Below, in pieces: positions 21,328 to 32,277 of a DNA stretch of 64,000 nt. Below the pieces are notes generated by a model. That model was not told the origin of the DNA. It ran no database searches and was given only the letters and a program-made list of their open reading frames with translations. The stretch comes from an uncultured virus (IMG/VR IMGVR_UViG_2061766007_000582). Its lineage: Duplodnaviria; Heunggongvirae; Uroviricota; Caudoviricetes. Position numbers and translations under genes: made by a program. The DNA lies in the IMG/VR virus record IMGVR_UViG_2061766007_000582. One strand, given 5' to 3'. Numbering within the stretch: position 1 is the first letter of the stretch; each line of letters starts with the position of its first letter.

Positions 21328-21402
21328 TGGAGCCGGGCATCGGACTTGAACCGACAGCCAGTTGCTTACAAAGCAACAGCTCTACCATTGAGCTAACCCG
21401 GC
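21328..21402 (-). tRNA. tRNA-Thr(TGT)
   Basis: GCCGGGTTAGCTCAATGGTAGAGC...GTTGC-TTTGTAA-GCAAC...GGTTCAAGTCC...CCCGGCTCCA. Confidence 0.95.
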
Positions 21403-21403
21403 A

Positions 21404-21479
21404 TGGTCTCCCCGGTGGGATTCCAACCCACAAAAATCGGTTTTTAAGACCGATGCCTATGGCGTTCGGCTACGAGGAG
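21404..21479 (-). tRNA. atypical tRNA-Leu(TAA) with short variable arm
   Basis: Acceptor CTCCTCG/CGGGGAG-ACCA, anticodon arm TCGGT-CTTAAAA-ACCGA, T arm GTGGG-TTGGAAT-CCCAC. Confidence 0.75.
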
Positions 21480-21606
21480 ATATGCTGTCTTCGTTTATTT
21501 TGTAGCGTACAGACAGCGGGGTACACTTGGGAGTCAGGTCTTATGCCAAACCTGTCGGGGTCTGATAAACGAACAGAGGTTATCCCGAACTCAATATGGA
21601 AGGTGG

Positions 21607-21864
21607 TTAATCATATACGACTGTAGCAGGTCCACCACATCCCGGACACATTGTCTTATTCCGGGAATGTGTAGCGATTGGGGTCAAATCATCAATGTCA
21701 GAATATCCGCAGTTAGGACAGTAAATGCGAGGGTCTTTACAACCCCTGAAGAAATCCTGAACGGTATAATCACGTTCTGTTTCTTCCCAATCCATATCAT
21801 AATCTTCGTGATGGGGCTTACCTTTACTGCCCCATTCCTTCTCGTGTCTCTTTGTTTTACCCAT
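21607..21864 (-). CDS. small zinc-ribbon protein
   Basis: CPNCG...CPGCG; start MGKTKR with GGAG RBS. Confidence 0.6.
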   Translation of the reverse strand: MGKTKRHEKEWGSKGKPHHEDYDMDWEETERDYTVQDFFRGCKDPRIYCPNCGYSDIDDLTPIATHSRNKTMCPGCGGPATVVYD

Positions 21865-21896
21865 TTTTAGCTCCTGTTTGTGTTCGGGTTTACTAT

Positions 21897-21924
21897 AATA
21901 TAGCACGACAAAGATAAAAGTCAA
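21897..21924 (-). promoter_or_regulatory. promoter TTGACT-N16-TATATT (extended -10) driving the tRNA/glycosyltransferase cluster
   Basis: CGCTTGACTTTTATCTTTGTCGTGCTATATT. Confidence 0.75.
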
Positions 21925-22128
21925 GCGATTTTACGAAGATTTTTTGAAATTTTTTTGATGAGGTGTCTGCTCTCCTATGGGAAACCTTCACGAAAACCAT
22001 AGGAGGCAGACGTAGATGTATTTGTAGATTCGCTAAGGCACATACATCAGGCACTCTCGAAAGGAATGGGTGGGAAAAGTTAAAGAAACCCACCCTACCG
22101 CATCTACAAGGCGGCTCTATGTCGGGGT

Positions 22129-23649
22129 TTAACAACAAACGCCAGACTGAGTAATCATATGTGAAAGTTTATCTGAATCGTTCATGGAAACACCGTCAAG
22201 CACCTCGGATAGAATGTTTGTCTTACGGTCAAGCATACGAGCAAGCCTTTCGTCAAGTGAGTTCTCGACAAAGTGAATGTAACAAACTACTGGTTCCGTT
22301 TGCCCATTCCTATCCAGACGTGCGTATAATTGATGCAAATCACCGGGAGACCAACATAATTCACAGACCAATAACGTACTGCATACTGTCTGTAAACCGT
22401 CTAATCCTGTGCTAATAGACTGAATATTGCCTATTAACAACCTGCAATCAGGGTCGTTGATGAACTTCTGAACAGCATCGTCTTTCTTCTTGGTCGATAC
22501 AGAACCATTAATCAAGACAGAGCAATCCTTGAAGTTATCATAAAGAATCTGACCGCACTTCTCACGATGAACACAGGCAACCACAAGTTTATCATCAGTC
22601 TGTTCGAGGTAGTCTTTTATCCAACTTATCGTCAATGGCAACTTTATCCGAATTGCCTCCTGAAGATAAGCCTCGATAGACTGATTCATACGTGCGTTAG
22701 CCATGAATCTATCCCTACTGCAAGCGTTCAGGTATTCGTGTTGCGCTCTGATTGCATCCTGTTCGAGTTGTTTAATATCATTGGATGCCACGTCAAGCGG
22801 TACAGCCCTTATCTGAACCTTTGGCACTTCCTGATAGATGTCCTTCTTGGTGCGTCTTATCATCGTACCGGATTCTATCAGCTTCTTGTGCAGTTCAAGC
22901 GTATTTATCGACACGGATGCACGATTATACTTATCCCTGTACGAATTGCAGTAACGCTGGTCATAAACGAAACGAGAAGGGAACAGGGAGGGGTTGACCA
23001 GTTTTATCGTGTTGTACATATCCGCGTTTCTATCCGTCAATGGAGTACCAGACAGGCAGATACAAGACTTGACGTGTTTTCTTATCTCGAAGATGGCGCG
23101 TGTTCTGCCAGTGTTATCTGTTTTTATCTTCTGAGATTCGTCAAGTATCATCATATCCCATTGAAACTCGCAAAGCGGTTCCATCCAAGCGTTGACTATA
23201 TCATAATTTATAATAGTTATCCGCGATTTAGAGATTTCCATGAGGTCTGCTCTATCATAAGTTGTCGAGTTGCAGACTTTCACATGCGGACACTTCTTTA
23301 TCTCGTTTTGTAGGTTGCGCTTCCATTGGAGCTTGATGTTGGAAGGAACAACGATGAGCGTCTTCTTGGAGCCTGACGCAACATGACACGCAATAGCAGA
23401 GCTTGACTTACCTGCACCCATAACGTCAGCAATCAGCAGGTTCCAGCTATGCTTCGCGGCTTCAATAACGGATGTAAGCTGATAGTGATACAGTACACGA
23501 TTCAGCTTGCCGCCTAAAGTACGCATGGATTTGGTGCTGTACCCTTTGCTTTCGAGGAGCTTCATGTTATCCTCGCTGTAAGGCATCCGATACAGCTTGC
23601 CGTCTCTTTTATAGTAGAGATAGCCTAATTTGTAGCAAACTTTTTTCAA
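22129..23649 (-). CDS. SNF2-family (SF2) helicase
   Basis: ADVMGAGKS, ILDESQ, LSGTP, GLDGLQ, QLYARLDRNGQ. Confidence 0.92.
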   Translation of the reverse strand: MKKVCYKLGYLYYKRDGKLYRMPYSEDNMKLLESKGYSTKSMRTLGGKLNRVLYHYQLTSVIEAAKHSWNLLIADVMGAGKSSSAIACHVASGSKKTLIVVPSNIKLQWKRNLQNEIKKCPHVKVCNSTTYDRADLMEISKSRITIINYDIVNAWMEPLCEFQWDMMILDESQKIKTDNTGRTRAIFEIRKHVKSCICLSGTPLTDRNADMYNTIKLVNPSLFPSRFVYDQRYCNSYRDKYNRASVSINTLELHKKLIESGTMIRRTKKDIYQEVPKVQIRAVPLDVASNDIKQLEQDAIRAQHEYLNACSRDRFMANARMNQSIEAYLQEAIRIKLPLTISWIKDYLEQTDDKLVVACVHREKCGQILYDNFKDCSVLINGSVSTKKKDDAVQKFINDPDCRLLIGNIQSISTGLDGLQTVCSTLLVCELCWSPGDLHQLYARLDRNGQTEPVVCYIHFVENSLDERLARMLDRKTNILSEVLDGVSMNDSDKLSHMITQSGVCC

Positions 23650-23680
23650 GGTTATGGTCTCCGATTGTTTGTTTGCAATT

Positions 23681-23709
23681 AATATACACCCTCATTTGGT
23701 GTTTGTCAA
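23681..23709 (-). promoter_or_regulatory. promoter TTGACA-N17-TATATT; a divergent plus-strand promoter starts near 23761
   Basis: GGCTTGACAAACACCAAATGAGGGTGTATATT on minus; TTGACT...TATATT at 23761-23789 on plus. Confidence 0.7.
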
Positions 23710-23820
23710 GCCAAAAATCAAAGAAAATNNNNNNNNNNNNNNNNNNNNNGTCATATTTATTTGACTTCTGCATCAGTAAAGTTTATATTTTACTTGTGCA
23801 AAAGTAACATGGAGACAACG

Positions 23821-24444
23821 ATGAACTTCACACGTAAAGACAATAACGGAAACGAAATCAAACCACCAGACGTGACGATGAATACACGCACCGACAAAGG
23901 TAACGATGAAGACAAACGCGCATGTAATGACAACGACATGCCGACAAATACATGCACAGGCGTATTAGATGTTAGAGAAGCATTAATGACGGTGAAAGAA
24001 AATGAATCACCGGATATGCCAATCGCTAATATGAAAGTTGAGACATTCCTTTGTAACATAGCAGAACAATCATTACATGGGATGCCTGCACTGGTTGACG
24101 CATACAAACGGTGCGGCTTCAATGTAGATAAACCACCTGCGCTTGTCCGTAATGATATTAGGCGTCTGCTTTTCAATAAGCGCATAAAGGAACGTCTTGC
24201 ATATCTAAAAGAGTGTGAATGGGAAATCAATAAGCCAGACCTATCATCCATTTGCAAGGAGTTCGAGAATATATTGAATGAAGAAGAGTTGGCTATGAAC
24301 TCTCGTATCACTGCATTAAATTCCCTTGCAAAGTTAGCCGGATTACTTGAAAACAATCAACATAAATCAGACACAAAGGTAGCGGTCATTTTCAACACGT
24401 CAGAAAAGCCGCCTATTGATGTGAAAGTAGAACAGGTGAACTAA
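23821..24444 (+). CDS. putative terminase small subunit
   Basis: AYKRCGF...IRRLLFNKRIKERLAYL HTH-like segment and RITALNSLAKLAGL helix typical of TerS. Confidence 0.65.
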   Translation: MNFTRKDNNGNEIKPPDVTMNTRTDKGNDEDKRACNDNDMPTNTCTGVLDVREALMTVKENESPDMPIANMKVETFLCNIAEQSLHGMPALVDAYKRCGFNVDKPPALVRNDIRRLLFNKRIKERLAYLKECEWEINKPDLSSICKEFENILNEEELAMNSRITALNSLAKLAGLLENNQHKSDTKVAVIFNTSEKPPIDVKVEQVN

Positions 24445-25349
24445 TGAAAATTCATATCTGCCTCGTTACGAATGACAAGTGGTATCGTTTCATGCTCAGG
24501 ACCATGTACGATATTATCATCCGAAAGAATCCTGAAACAGAAATCAAGTTCTATGTGCTTTTAGACCGTGTGGATAAGTCCGATGAGCTTGACGCCTTTA
24601 ACGCGATTGACGGCATTGAAGTCGTAAAGAAGAACATGGATTCCTATGAAGAGTTCGGTCAGCTTAAAAGGTATCATTCATCTTGGGTAGGTCAGGAAAA
24701 GCATCTTAAATTCCTTATCCCTGAGCTTGACATTTTTGAAGGCGTTGACAGGGTTATCTATATGGATGTTGATATGCTTGCCCGAAAAGACCTGACCGAT
24801 ATTTACACGGTCAATCTGAATGACAAGCCGATTGGACTGTGCCGAGATTATTATACGCTTCTCGATGGCTCATTTGCTCTGCCACCTGAAAGCCGTACAA
24901 AGCAACTGGAATCGGGTCTTATGGTGATGGACCTGCCGAAGTTGCGTGACATTCAATTTACGAAACAGTGTAAAGACATCGCTCCTTATCACTGTGGGGA
25001 TGTGCCAGTGGTCAATACGATATGCACACCGATTGCACAGAAACTTGACCCGAAGTATGAGATTCCGTTCCATGAGATGAGTGTTATCGGCAATTTTAAC
25101 ATTATTGAACACTGGAACATTTTCAACAACACTGCTTACGAAAACATTCAGGAACTTATCGACAAGAGCTATATATGGCATTTCTGTGGCGATAAGAAAC
25201 ATATGTACAATACAATCAGTGTTGTCAAGATGGCATTTTATCTGTCTGAATCCCGTCTTTCTGCATTCCTCAAAACAGGGAATGTAATGGAATGGAAACC
25301 AGAAGATGATGCACCTCTTACGAATACATCAGATTTGAATGGTATCTGA
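24444..25349 (+). CDS. glycosyltransferase family 8
   Basis: KFLIPEL...DRVIYMDVDML (DxD), SGLMVMDL, GDVPVVN, WHFCGDKK. Confidence 0.88.
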   Translation: MKIHICLVTNDKWYRFMLRTMYDIIIRKNPETEIKFYVLLDRVDKSDELDAFNAIDGIEVVKKNMDSYEEFGQLKRYHSSWVGQEKHLKFLIPELDIFEGVDRVIYMDVDMLARKDLTDIYTVNLNDKPIGLCRDYYTLLDGSFALPPESRTKQLESGLMVMDLPKLRDIQFTKQCKDIAPYHCGDVPVVNTICTPIAQKLDPKYEIPFHEMSVIGNFNIIEHWNIFNNTAYENIQELIDKSYIWHFCGDKKHMYNTISVVKMAFYLSESRLSAFLKTGNVMEWKPEDDAPLTNTSDLNGI

Positions 25350-25362
25350 TAATTTATGACCC

Positions 25363-25410
25363 GCCGTGGGATGCTGTCTGTGATGGCGCAAAAATCCCAC
25401 GGCTTATTTT
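25363..25410 (+). terminator. intrinsic terminator
   Basis: GCCGTGGGA...TCCCACGGC stem followed by TTATTTT. Confidence 0.65.
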
Positions 25411-25515
25411 TGCGTATAATTGCTAATAAATCTACACAACTTGCTATAAATCGTGTAAGATAATGAGCGTTTTGGCATGGTTTTGTAAGTGTTTGATTAC
25501 CAATACGTTATAACT

Positions 25516-25538
25516 TTGTAGTGCGTATATGGTAAATA
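25516..25538. repeat. 23-bp core of a ~110-bp inverted repeat shared with 41865-41887
   Basis: TTGTAGTGCGTATATGGTAAATA is the exact reverse complement of 41865-41887. Confidence 0.9.
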
Positions 25539-25626
25539 TATAGGGAAACAGGTAACAATAACTTTGATATTATCATTGTTATAGTTTGATGTTACTCTAT
25601 TCTATTTGATTTATTTTTCTATTTTT

Positions 25627-28600
25627 TTAATTCTCTTGTGTACGTGTGTATGTGCGCGTATCTATATTATACTTGGGTTCGTAGTATTGGCAGTTATCCT
25701 CATGGGTTTGGTCATAAAGACAGTACCAATACATTTCATCGCATTCGTAACCGTCTTTATCAATGTAATGACGGCGACAGTCAACACGATTCTTGCATTT
25801 GAAGCAGGTTTCCAGTTTCATAAGGGCTTCACCTCGGACGGATTTGGTTTAGACTGCTTAACTAATTTTAACGCGATTTAAGACAAGGTAAACAAGCGAC
25901 CCGATAAAGAGATAGGGTAACACTAAAACCGCGCTTAAAACGCCCTGAAACCGTCTTAAAAACGATTTACAAGTAGCATCGGAAAGTCGGTACTACTTCA
26001 ATTTGATTTTCGACTGGTTAAAAGCTATGAAGGAATCAATATCACATCCGCCAATCACAGCCTTTATGACTTCCTTTTCAAAATCAGAAAGCACGTCATA
26101 ATTAACAGAACCGTCATTGTAAAATTTATACCTCGCTCTTAATGCAAACAGTTTGAGTATCTGTTTTTTATGCAGTTGGTTTTCAGATACATTCAGATTG
26201 GAGTTTACGTACATCAATGCAAGGATATAATCAAGTACCGATGCATTTCCGTACTTTATCCTCTCAAACGTTATGAGGAATTGGTCGTGTGTCATTGATA
26301 CCTCTCTCTAATGGTTGGATTCAATTCGGCTGTGAATACCTGATAATTATGGTCGAATAAAATGTTATGACTTGGTACTGCACATTCACACTTATTATCT
26401 ACAAATAATTGTATATCTCTGTTATGTGCGAGTGTGTTTATGAACATTGCAGGTAATGACATTTTTACATTACAATATTCCCAATAAGATTTGAATGCAC
26501 GACAAGCCGCTTCATAATTTGTATCATTTGTACCCATACACTCTCTCGTAATTAATGAAGAGAGTCTATTAAGGTCAGTGAGTGCATTCGCCATGTAATC
26601 TAACACTTCCTGCAAACTCATAGTTCGTGTGTTAGAAATGAAGATAGGCTCAGCGTTTTCAATATTGCATGTATAAATCTCAAGAATATCAAAGCCATGA
26701 TTAGCGTAACCTGTATTGCCAAATGAACGGAATGTAACATAAGTCTTATCCGTTCGCAGGTCATTACCGTAGCGTTGACATGCCCTTGAGAAACACGGTC
26801 CGGCTTTTATGGAGATTGACCTGAATGGACCACGAAGCAACGATGCAATCTCAGTGTTATCGTTGATTATCATTGTTAGCTCCCTCTTCGTTAGTGTATG
26901 TGTAAGTTATCAGTGTGCTTGCGTCATTCATGTTGTACTCCTCATTGGCTTCCATATTTTGAAAGATACGGCTCCATTCAGAGAACGAGTAAGGTGCATC
27001 AGAAGTTGTAGCCATAGNNNNNNNNNNNNNNNNNNNNNNTTGCCACAGTAGACCGACCATTAGTACGGTAGTCTGAATCACATAAGAACTGATACTGATA
27101 CGAATGGTCAAATACCATCTTCAAAGACCTGCGAACAGCCCTATAGTATGGATTATCACGTTGAAGCATGCTATACGTTTTCAGCATATAACAACGCAGT
27201 TTGAACAGATTATCTCTCGCATAGTACGTATCGGGACTGCCTTGGTCATTCAGTAATTCTATGAACTGGACCTCTCTTGTGTATTTGACGAACTCACGGA
27301 GAATATCATGGACATAAGGAAGGTTCTCGTACCCCTGATAAATGAAAGGGATAGCCGGAGCCTTATTCTTATCAATCACGACGATGAAGGGATAGAGATG
27401 TTCAATACCGTACCATCTCATATTCCATCTCATGCGCGACAGTCTTTTGAATTTTATCCCGAAGTCAGGCATTTTTATCGTTGCCTGAACACGACCATGC
27501 CGAAACTTATCTTCAAGTTCAGGTATTAATGTGTTATCAGTCATTGTAAACTCCTTAGTATGTTAGACGTGGACCGAGGTTTGCTGCGATTGTCGTGGCG
27601 ATGTTGAGTGATTGTGAACCATCTTCGATGTATCTTATGTTCAAACCCTCGAAATCACCATCGTCAACATGCACTGATGCTAAATCACGATATGATATTG
27701 GCTCTCCGTTTAGTGTATAAAACGTGTTGTTACGAGTAGGCATCCACATTTTATACAACTTATCGTACACTTCCCTATGGAATATGCCTCTCATGTTCAT
27801 TTCCGACCGAAGAAGCCAACAACACACCTGAAATGTCTCTTCCGAAGCCATTGGTTGATAGTCATTCAGATAATCTTCAACGATACCGTCATAGGTAATC
27901 TCTCCGCCATATCGCAGAATNNNNNNNNNNNNNNNNNNAGTTAGACCATCTATCAGTGATTGAAATGAAAGGTATAGGCTCTTCTATGCCAAAATGCAAT
28001 TTACAGGCATAGACATTGTAGTTTGGGAATATAAATTTACCATGATACGAAACCGCCACACCAATATCCTCAATATGAATGAATCTGAGTGGCGGTGTGT
28101 CTAACATGGCTTTTATTTTATCAAATTCCATATTACCAACCCTCTAATTTGATTGTTTGGTTTGATGTGAAGAAGGTACGACTTAACGGTGAACGAAACA
28201 TTATACTGTGTTCCATAAGTGCGTTTTCATACCACTTAATCCTGTCTATGAAGTGGTTCCTGATAGCAAATGAAGCCATACGATTTCGGTAACAAAGATA
28301 TGCAAAGAAACTATCCTTGCTCAACCTATGAGAAAGCCGACGGTCGCTTGCAACATCTCTATTCCGTCCGTTATTTTCTGCATAGAATTTTAGATATTGA
28401 AGGACATACCATACACTGAGTTCCTGTTTTGGAAACGATGACTCTAATGCACAGTTGCAGTTCTCATTCGTATTGAGGTTCATAAGAGAGAAGAAGTAAA
28501 TGTAGGTGTTATCATGGAAATCATCACCGTAAAACTTGATTCCGATATTCATTTTTGGAATCTGAATTTCAACGTGTGCATACCCATGAAACATTATCTT

Positions 28601-31167
28601 CTCTCTAAGTTTGACAGTAACCCAATCATTCTTGAAAGGTTTACTTGCCATGTGGGTCCTTTCCGTATTTGAGTTTCATAAGGTTGATGTTGTGGGTTTT
28701 CATCCCGTCCAATACAGAATAGAATGAACAACCACGAAACAGTTTATTGTAGAACGGACAACCATTACATTTGCGGAAGCCCTTTTTGTTATGGCGGCGA
28801 CCACAAATGCCTTCAAAGGTTGTCAGTACATTCACAAGGTCTACTTTATCTTTACCTGTCATTGGTTTGTCCTTTCAGGTTAGTATGAGAGTGGATAAGG
28901 AAGTCTATCGTTTGGAATGTGAAGTTGTGTGATAGAGCCATCAATGACACGATGCTCTAAGAAATCATTGATATTAGCCGCTGTCATTCGTACTTTATTC
29001 TGCAAAGCCATCAATGCTTCTTTTTGACTGTTATAAATTTCATAACGATTGACAGTCCAAGCATCGAACGGTATATTGTGGAATGTACCGTCGCCGTCGA
29101 TAGGCACAACGATGCAGTTTTTACCTTTATCAATGCCGACAACTGCTACCTTAATGATAGCAAAAGACAACGCACGACTAAATGCGTAGATAATGTATTT
29201 AGGTTTATTCATTTGTTTTCCTCTTGGTTCGAGCTGTATAGGATTCGTAAGATAGTGTATCATTTTCATCAAAAAATGAAACAGGACCCGGACCGAGCAT
29301 AAACTTCTTATGTGACTGTACGCTCTTCAAGATGCCGAGTAACAGATTTTCGAGTGCTTCTTTTGCATCTTCTCGTGTATCAAACAGCCACCATTCCGGT
29401 ACACATCTGACTGAACACATGCCGTTTGAAGTCATGCAACGAGTACCATAATCGTCAATGGGTACGACAATTACACTATCTAATTCTTCTTCTAATACCT
29501 CTACATGAAGTATTGAGTAGCCCCGAAGATTAGGATGTGCTTGTAGCATAAATTTATATTTACCTGTCATTGGTTGTTTTCCTTTTCCAAGTACGCCATA
29601 AGTTCTTGTTCAGATGCGAAAAGACTATCCTCATGGCGTAACGTAAATGGGTCGTATTGTAGCATGTAATAGTGGTCGGTATTTCTCAGAACGGCAACGA
29701 TGCGAGTGGGTATGACAATTTTCTTATCTTTGTCGTAATACCAGACTACATCGCCTTCTTTGTACTTGAAATCGTCCATCGGATGTTCTTGTTCCGTTTC
29801 CTTCATGGCTTTACCGATTAATTCACGAAGATGCCCAACGCTGAACTTATCATGATGACCAAGACCGTACAAGGCAATCTCATACAGTAGTTGTGCCATC
29901 TCGATAAGTAATTCATCACGAGTTTTCTGTTTCATTATTATCACCACCTTCAAGTTCATTCAGAAAATATCTTTTGAGTGCCTCCCCAATGTCATCCAGT
30001 TGAGTATCATCAGAAGGATTCAAAATGACTGGTTCGACTGGCTTGTGTTTNNNNNNNNNNNNNNNNNNNNNNNNNNNNNCTATCATCCACAAGGTCATCC
30101 AGCCGCGCTAAGAAACAACCACTATGCAGATTGAACGGACACTGACTGCACATGAGAGTATGACAAGAAACACTGCCTGTCATAAAAATCATGTTAATGT
30201 TTTTAGCCACACTTTCAAGATAGGCTACCGATGGGTCTTTTGACATTTTATTGCCTCTCTTCTGCGTGTTTACATTCACGCCTTAGATTGATTAATGCGT
30301 TATCGAGTACAGGGGCATTGTCGAGGGCTGCAAGCATTTTTGAAAGAAAGCAACCATCCGAATGTGGAAAGTTTAACGGACACTGAGAACATACCCTGTT
30401 TCTACACATGATTTCTGTCATAATTTGCAGGGTATAAATGTTCTTGACGATGTTATCCCTGAGCGTTGTACATTCGTCTGTTGTTAATGACATGATAGAC
30501 ACAGCACACCTCATAAGAAGTTATTGGGGTTGATGTATTTATTAGTTGAGTAGATGAAGTCGTCAAGGTGCATATGGAAAGAGTATTCGTGTCCATGTGT
30601 GAAGATAACACGACGGATGCCACGACCGTCCCCAATCAATGACGTCTTAGCCAACAAATGCCCATCGAATGTACGCAGTGGGTCCCAGATATTGTACTGA
30701 TACCCATAAAGACAACTAATACACGAATTGCCTATGACATCGACTAACAATCTGAACTTTTCCCGAAGAAGCCTGTATGACTGTAGCTTTGCGTACATAT
30801 TACGACAGGCACACTCGAACATCATATCTTTATCCTCTTGCGATTCGTTCTGCACCATACAGAAGTCATCTTCAGGGTCCCCATACGTGAGAATCTTGCA
30901 TAGGGGCCAGATGATATGAGCGAGGTTCAGTGGGATATTGTTGACATACATAATAGGAACCACCATATCAAATGGAACGGTTCTCTTGCCGACTTTCTCA
31001 TAAACAACCACAACCGCGTATCTTACATTGGTAGACGGGCTTTGAACTGAACCACGATATGCCAATGAAAGGTCGATTTGCGGAAAACAGAATGCAGAGA
31101 AAGGTCTATGCCTTGACATACGCGACAAAGGCGTATCTGTAAATTTATCATCAAAATCCGGGAGCAT
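25627..31167 (-). CDS. array of about 15 small hypothetical early genes
   Basis: Head-to-tail minus-strand ORFs (e.g. 25993-26295, 26292-26873, 26999-27544, 27555-27851, 28133-28651, 28641-28862, 30248-30514, 30511-31167); several carry CxxCP(F/L) motifs. Confidence 0.6.
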
Positions 31168-31180
31168 AAGAAATCTCCAT

Positions 31181-31208
31181 GAGGGGTGAGTTTATGTACC
31201 CACCCCTC
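31181..31208. terminator. GC-rich hairpin downstream of the amidotransferase gene
   Basis: GAGGGGTG...CACCCCTC. Confidence 0.5.
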
Positions 31209-31218
31209 TTACGTTATG

Positions 31219-32274
31219 TTATTTCTTGGCGGCGGTACTTTCGACATTCAGTTTGAAGTTCTTCTTGAACTCATTCCAAAGTGCCTGTTTCGTATCGTAG
31301 CTGTATTCGTCCCAATGATGCTGATAGTGGTCCTCGACATAGTGCTTGAAGAGAATCCCTGCATCAGATTCGTAATACTCATCGAGTTCACGCTCAGTAA
31401 TGTTCTTGGCAAACATCTGACCGCTTTCCTCCATTTCGTAGTACGCACCATAATATGCGTTGTAGATTTCCTCTTTTTGGTCTGCCGAATAAGATTCCCA
31501 TTCAGGTTCGTTGGCAATCACGTAAGCCATGAAATCTTCGTCACCCTCGGTATACTCATCGATGAACTTTTCTTCATCGACACCGTAGTGAGTGCGATTC
31601 TTATACAATGCGTCAGACCAATCTCTCCGATAGTCTTCATAAGAATCGTAACCGTACTCTTTCCACCATTCGTTTGTGGACACGATGCCTTTGCCCCAAT
31701 AACCGCCACTGTAAATGGAGTATGAGTAGGTTCTGTTTGAGTAGTAGACGCCCTTATCCTTAATCCAGTCACCCATAAGGTAGACTTTGACGCCGTTCAT
31801 CAGGGCAATCTTATTCGTACCAATGAGTTCGCCAATCAGGTTCTCGACTTTATCCGATGTAAGACCAGATTCAGCAATCCTCAATGCCATTTCAGCGGTA
31901 TCGGAAATGCTGTTCTTGCGAGGCGTGATAGGAAGTACGCCATTGTGAATCATGCAACGAGGGCATACCGTATAGGTCTTGCCGAGTTGCTTCACATTGT
32001 TCGTGATAGGGAACGGATGTGTGTTTTCCTTATTGACACCACCATGCGTGTGAATCCTGAAATGAATCAACACGTCATATCCGTTCAGTTTCTTGAGTTG
32101 GGAATCATAGACCTTTTCAAAATCCTTCCAGTCCATGATACCTTTGTGGATGTGGCACTGACCATCCTTTCGGACAGCATAACCAGCTCCGTCAGGATTC
32201 GATTCCCAACAATTCTCGAAAATGCTCAATTCGGGCATTTTCACACCTTCGGGCTTGTAAATTGCGATGCACAT
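31219..32274 (-). CDS. class II (Ntn) glutamine amidotransferase-domain protein with acidic C-terminal extension
   Basis: N-terminal Cys (MCIAIYKP), NPDGAG, HFRIHTHG, NTHPF, HNG, SDT. Confidence 0.88.
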   Translation of the reverse strand: MCIAIYKPEGVKMPELSIFENCWESNPDGAGYAVRKDGQCHIHKGIMDWKDFEKVYDSQLKKLNGYDVLIHFRIHTHGGVNKENTHPFPITNNVKQLGKTYTVCPRCMIHNGVLPITPRKNSISDTAEMALRIAESGLTSDKVENLIGELIGTNKIALMNGVKVYLMGDWIKDKGVYYSNRTYSYSIYSGGYWGKGIVSTNEWWKEYGYDSYEDYRRDWSDALYKNRTHYGVDEEKFIDEYTEGDEDFMAYVIANEPEWESYSADQKEEIYNAYYGAYYEMEESGQMFAKNITERELDEYYESDAGILFKHYVEDHYQHHWDEYSYDTKQALWNEFKKNFKLNVESTAAKK

Positions 32275-32277
32275 AAC

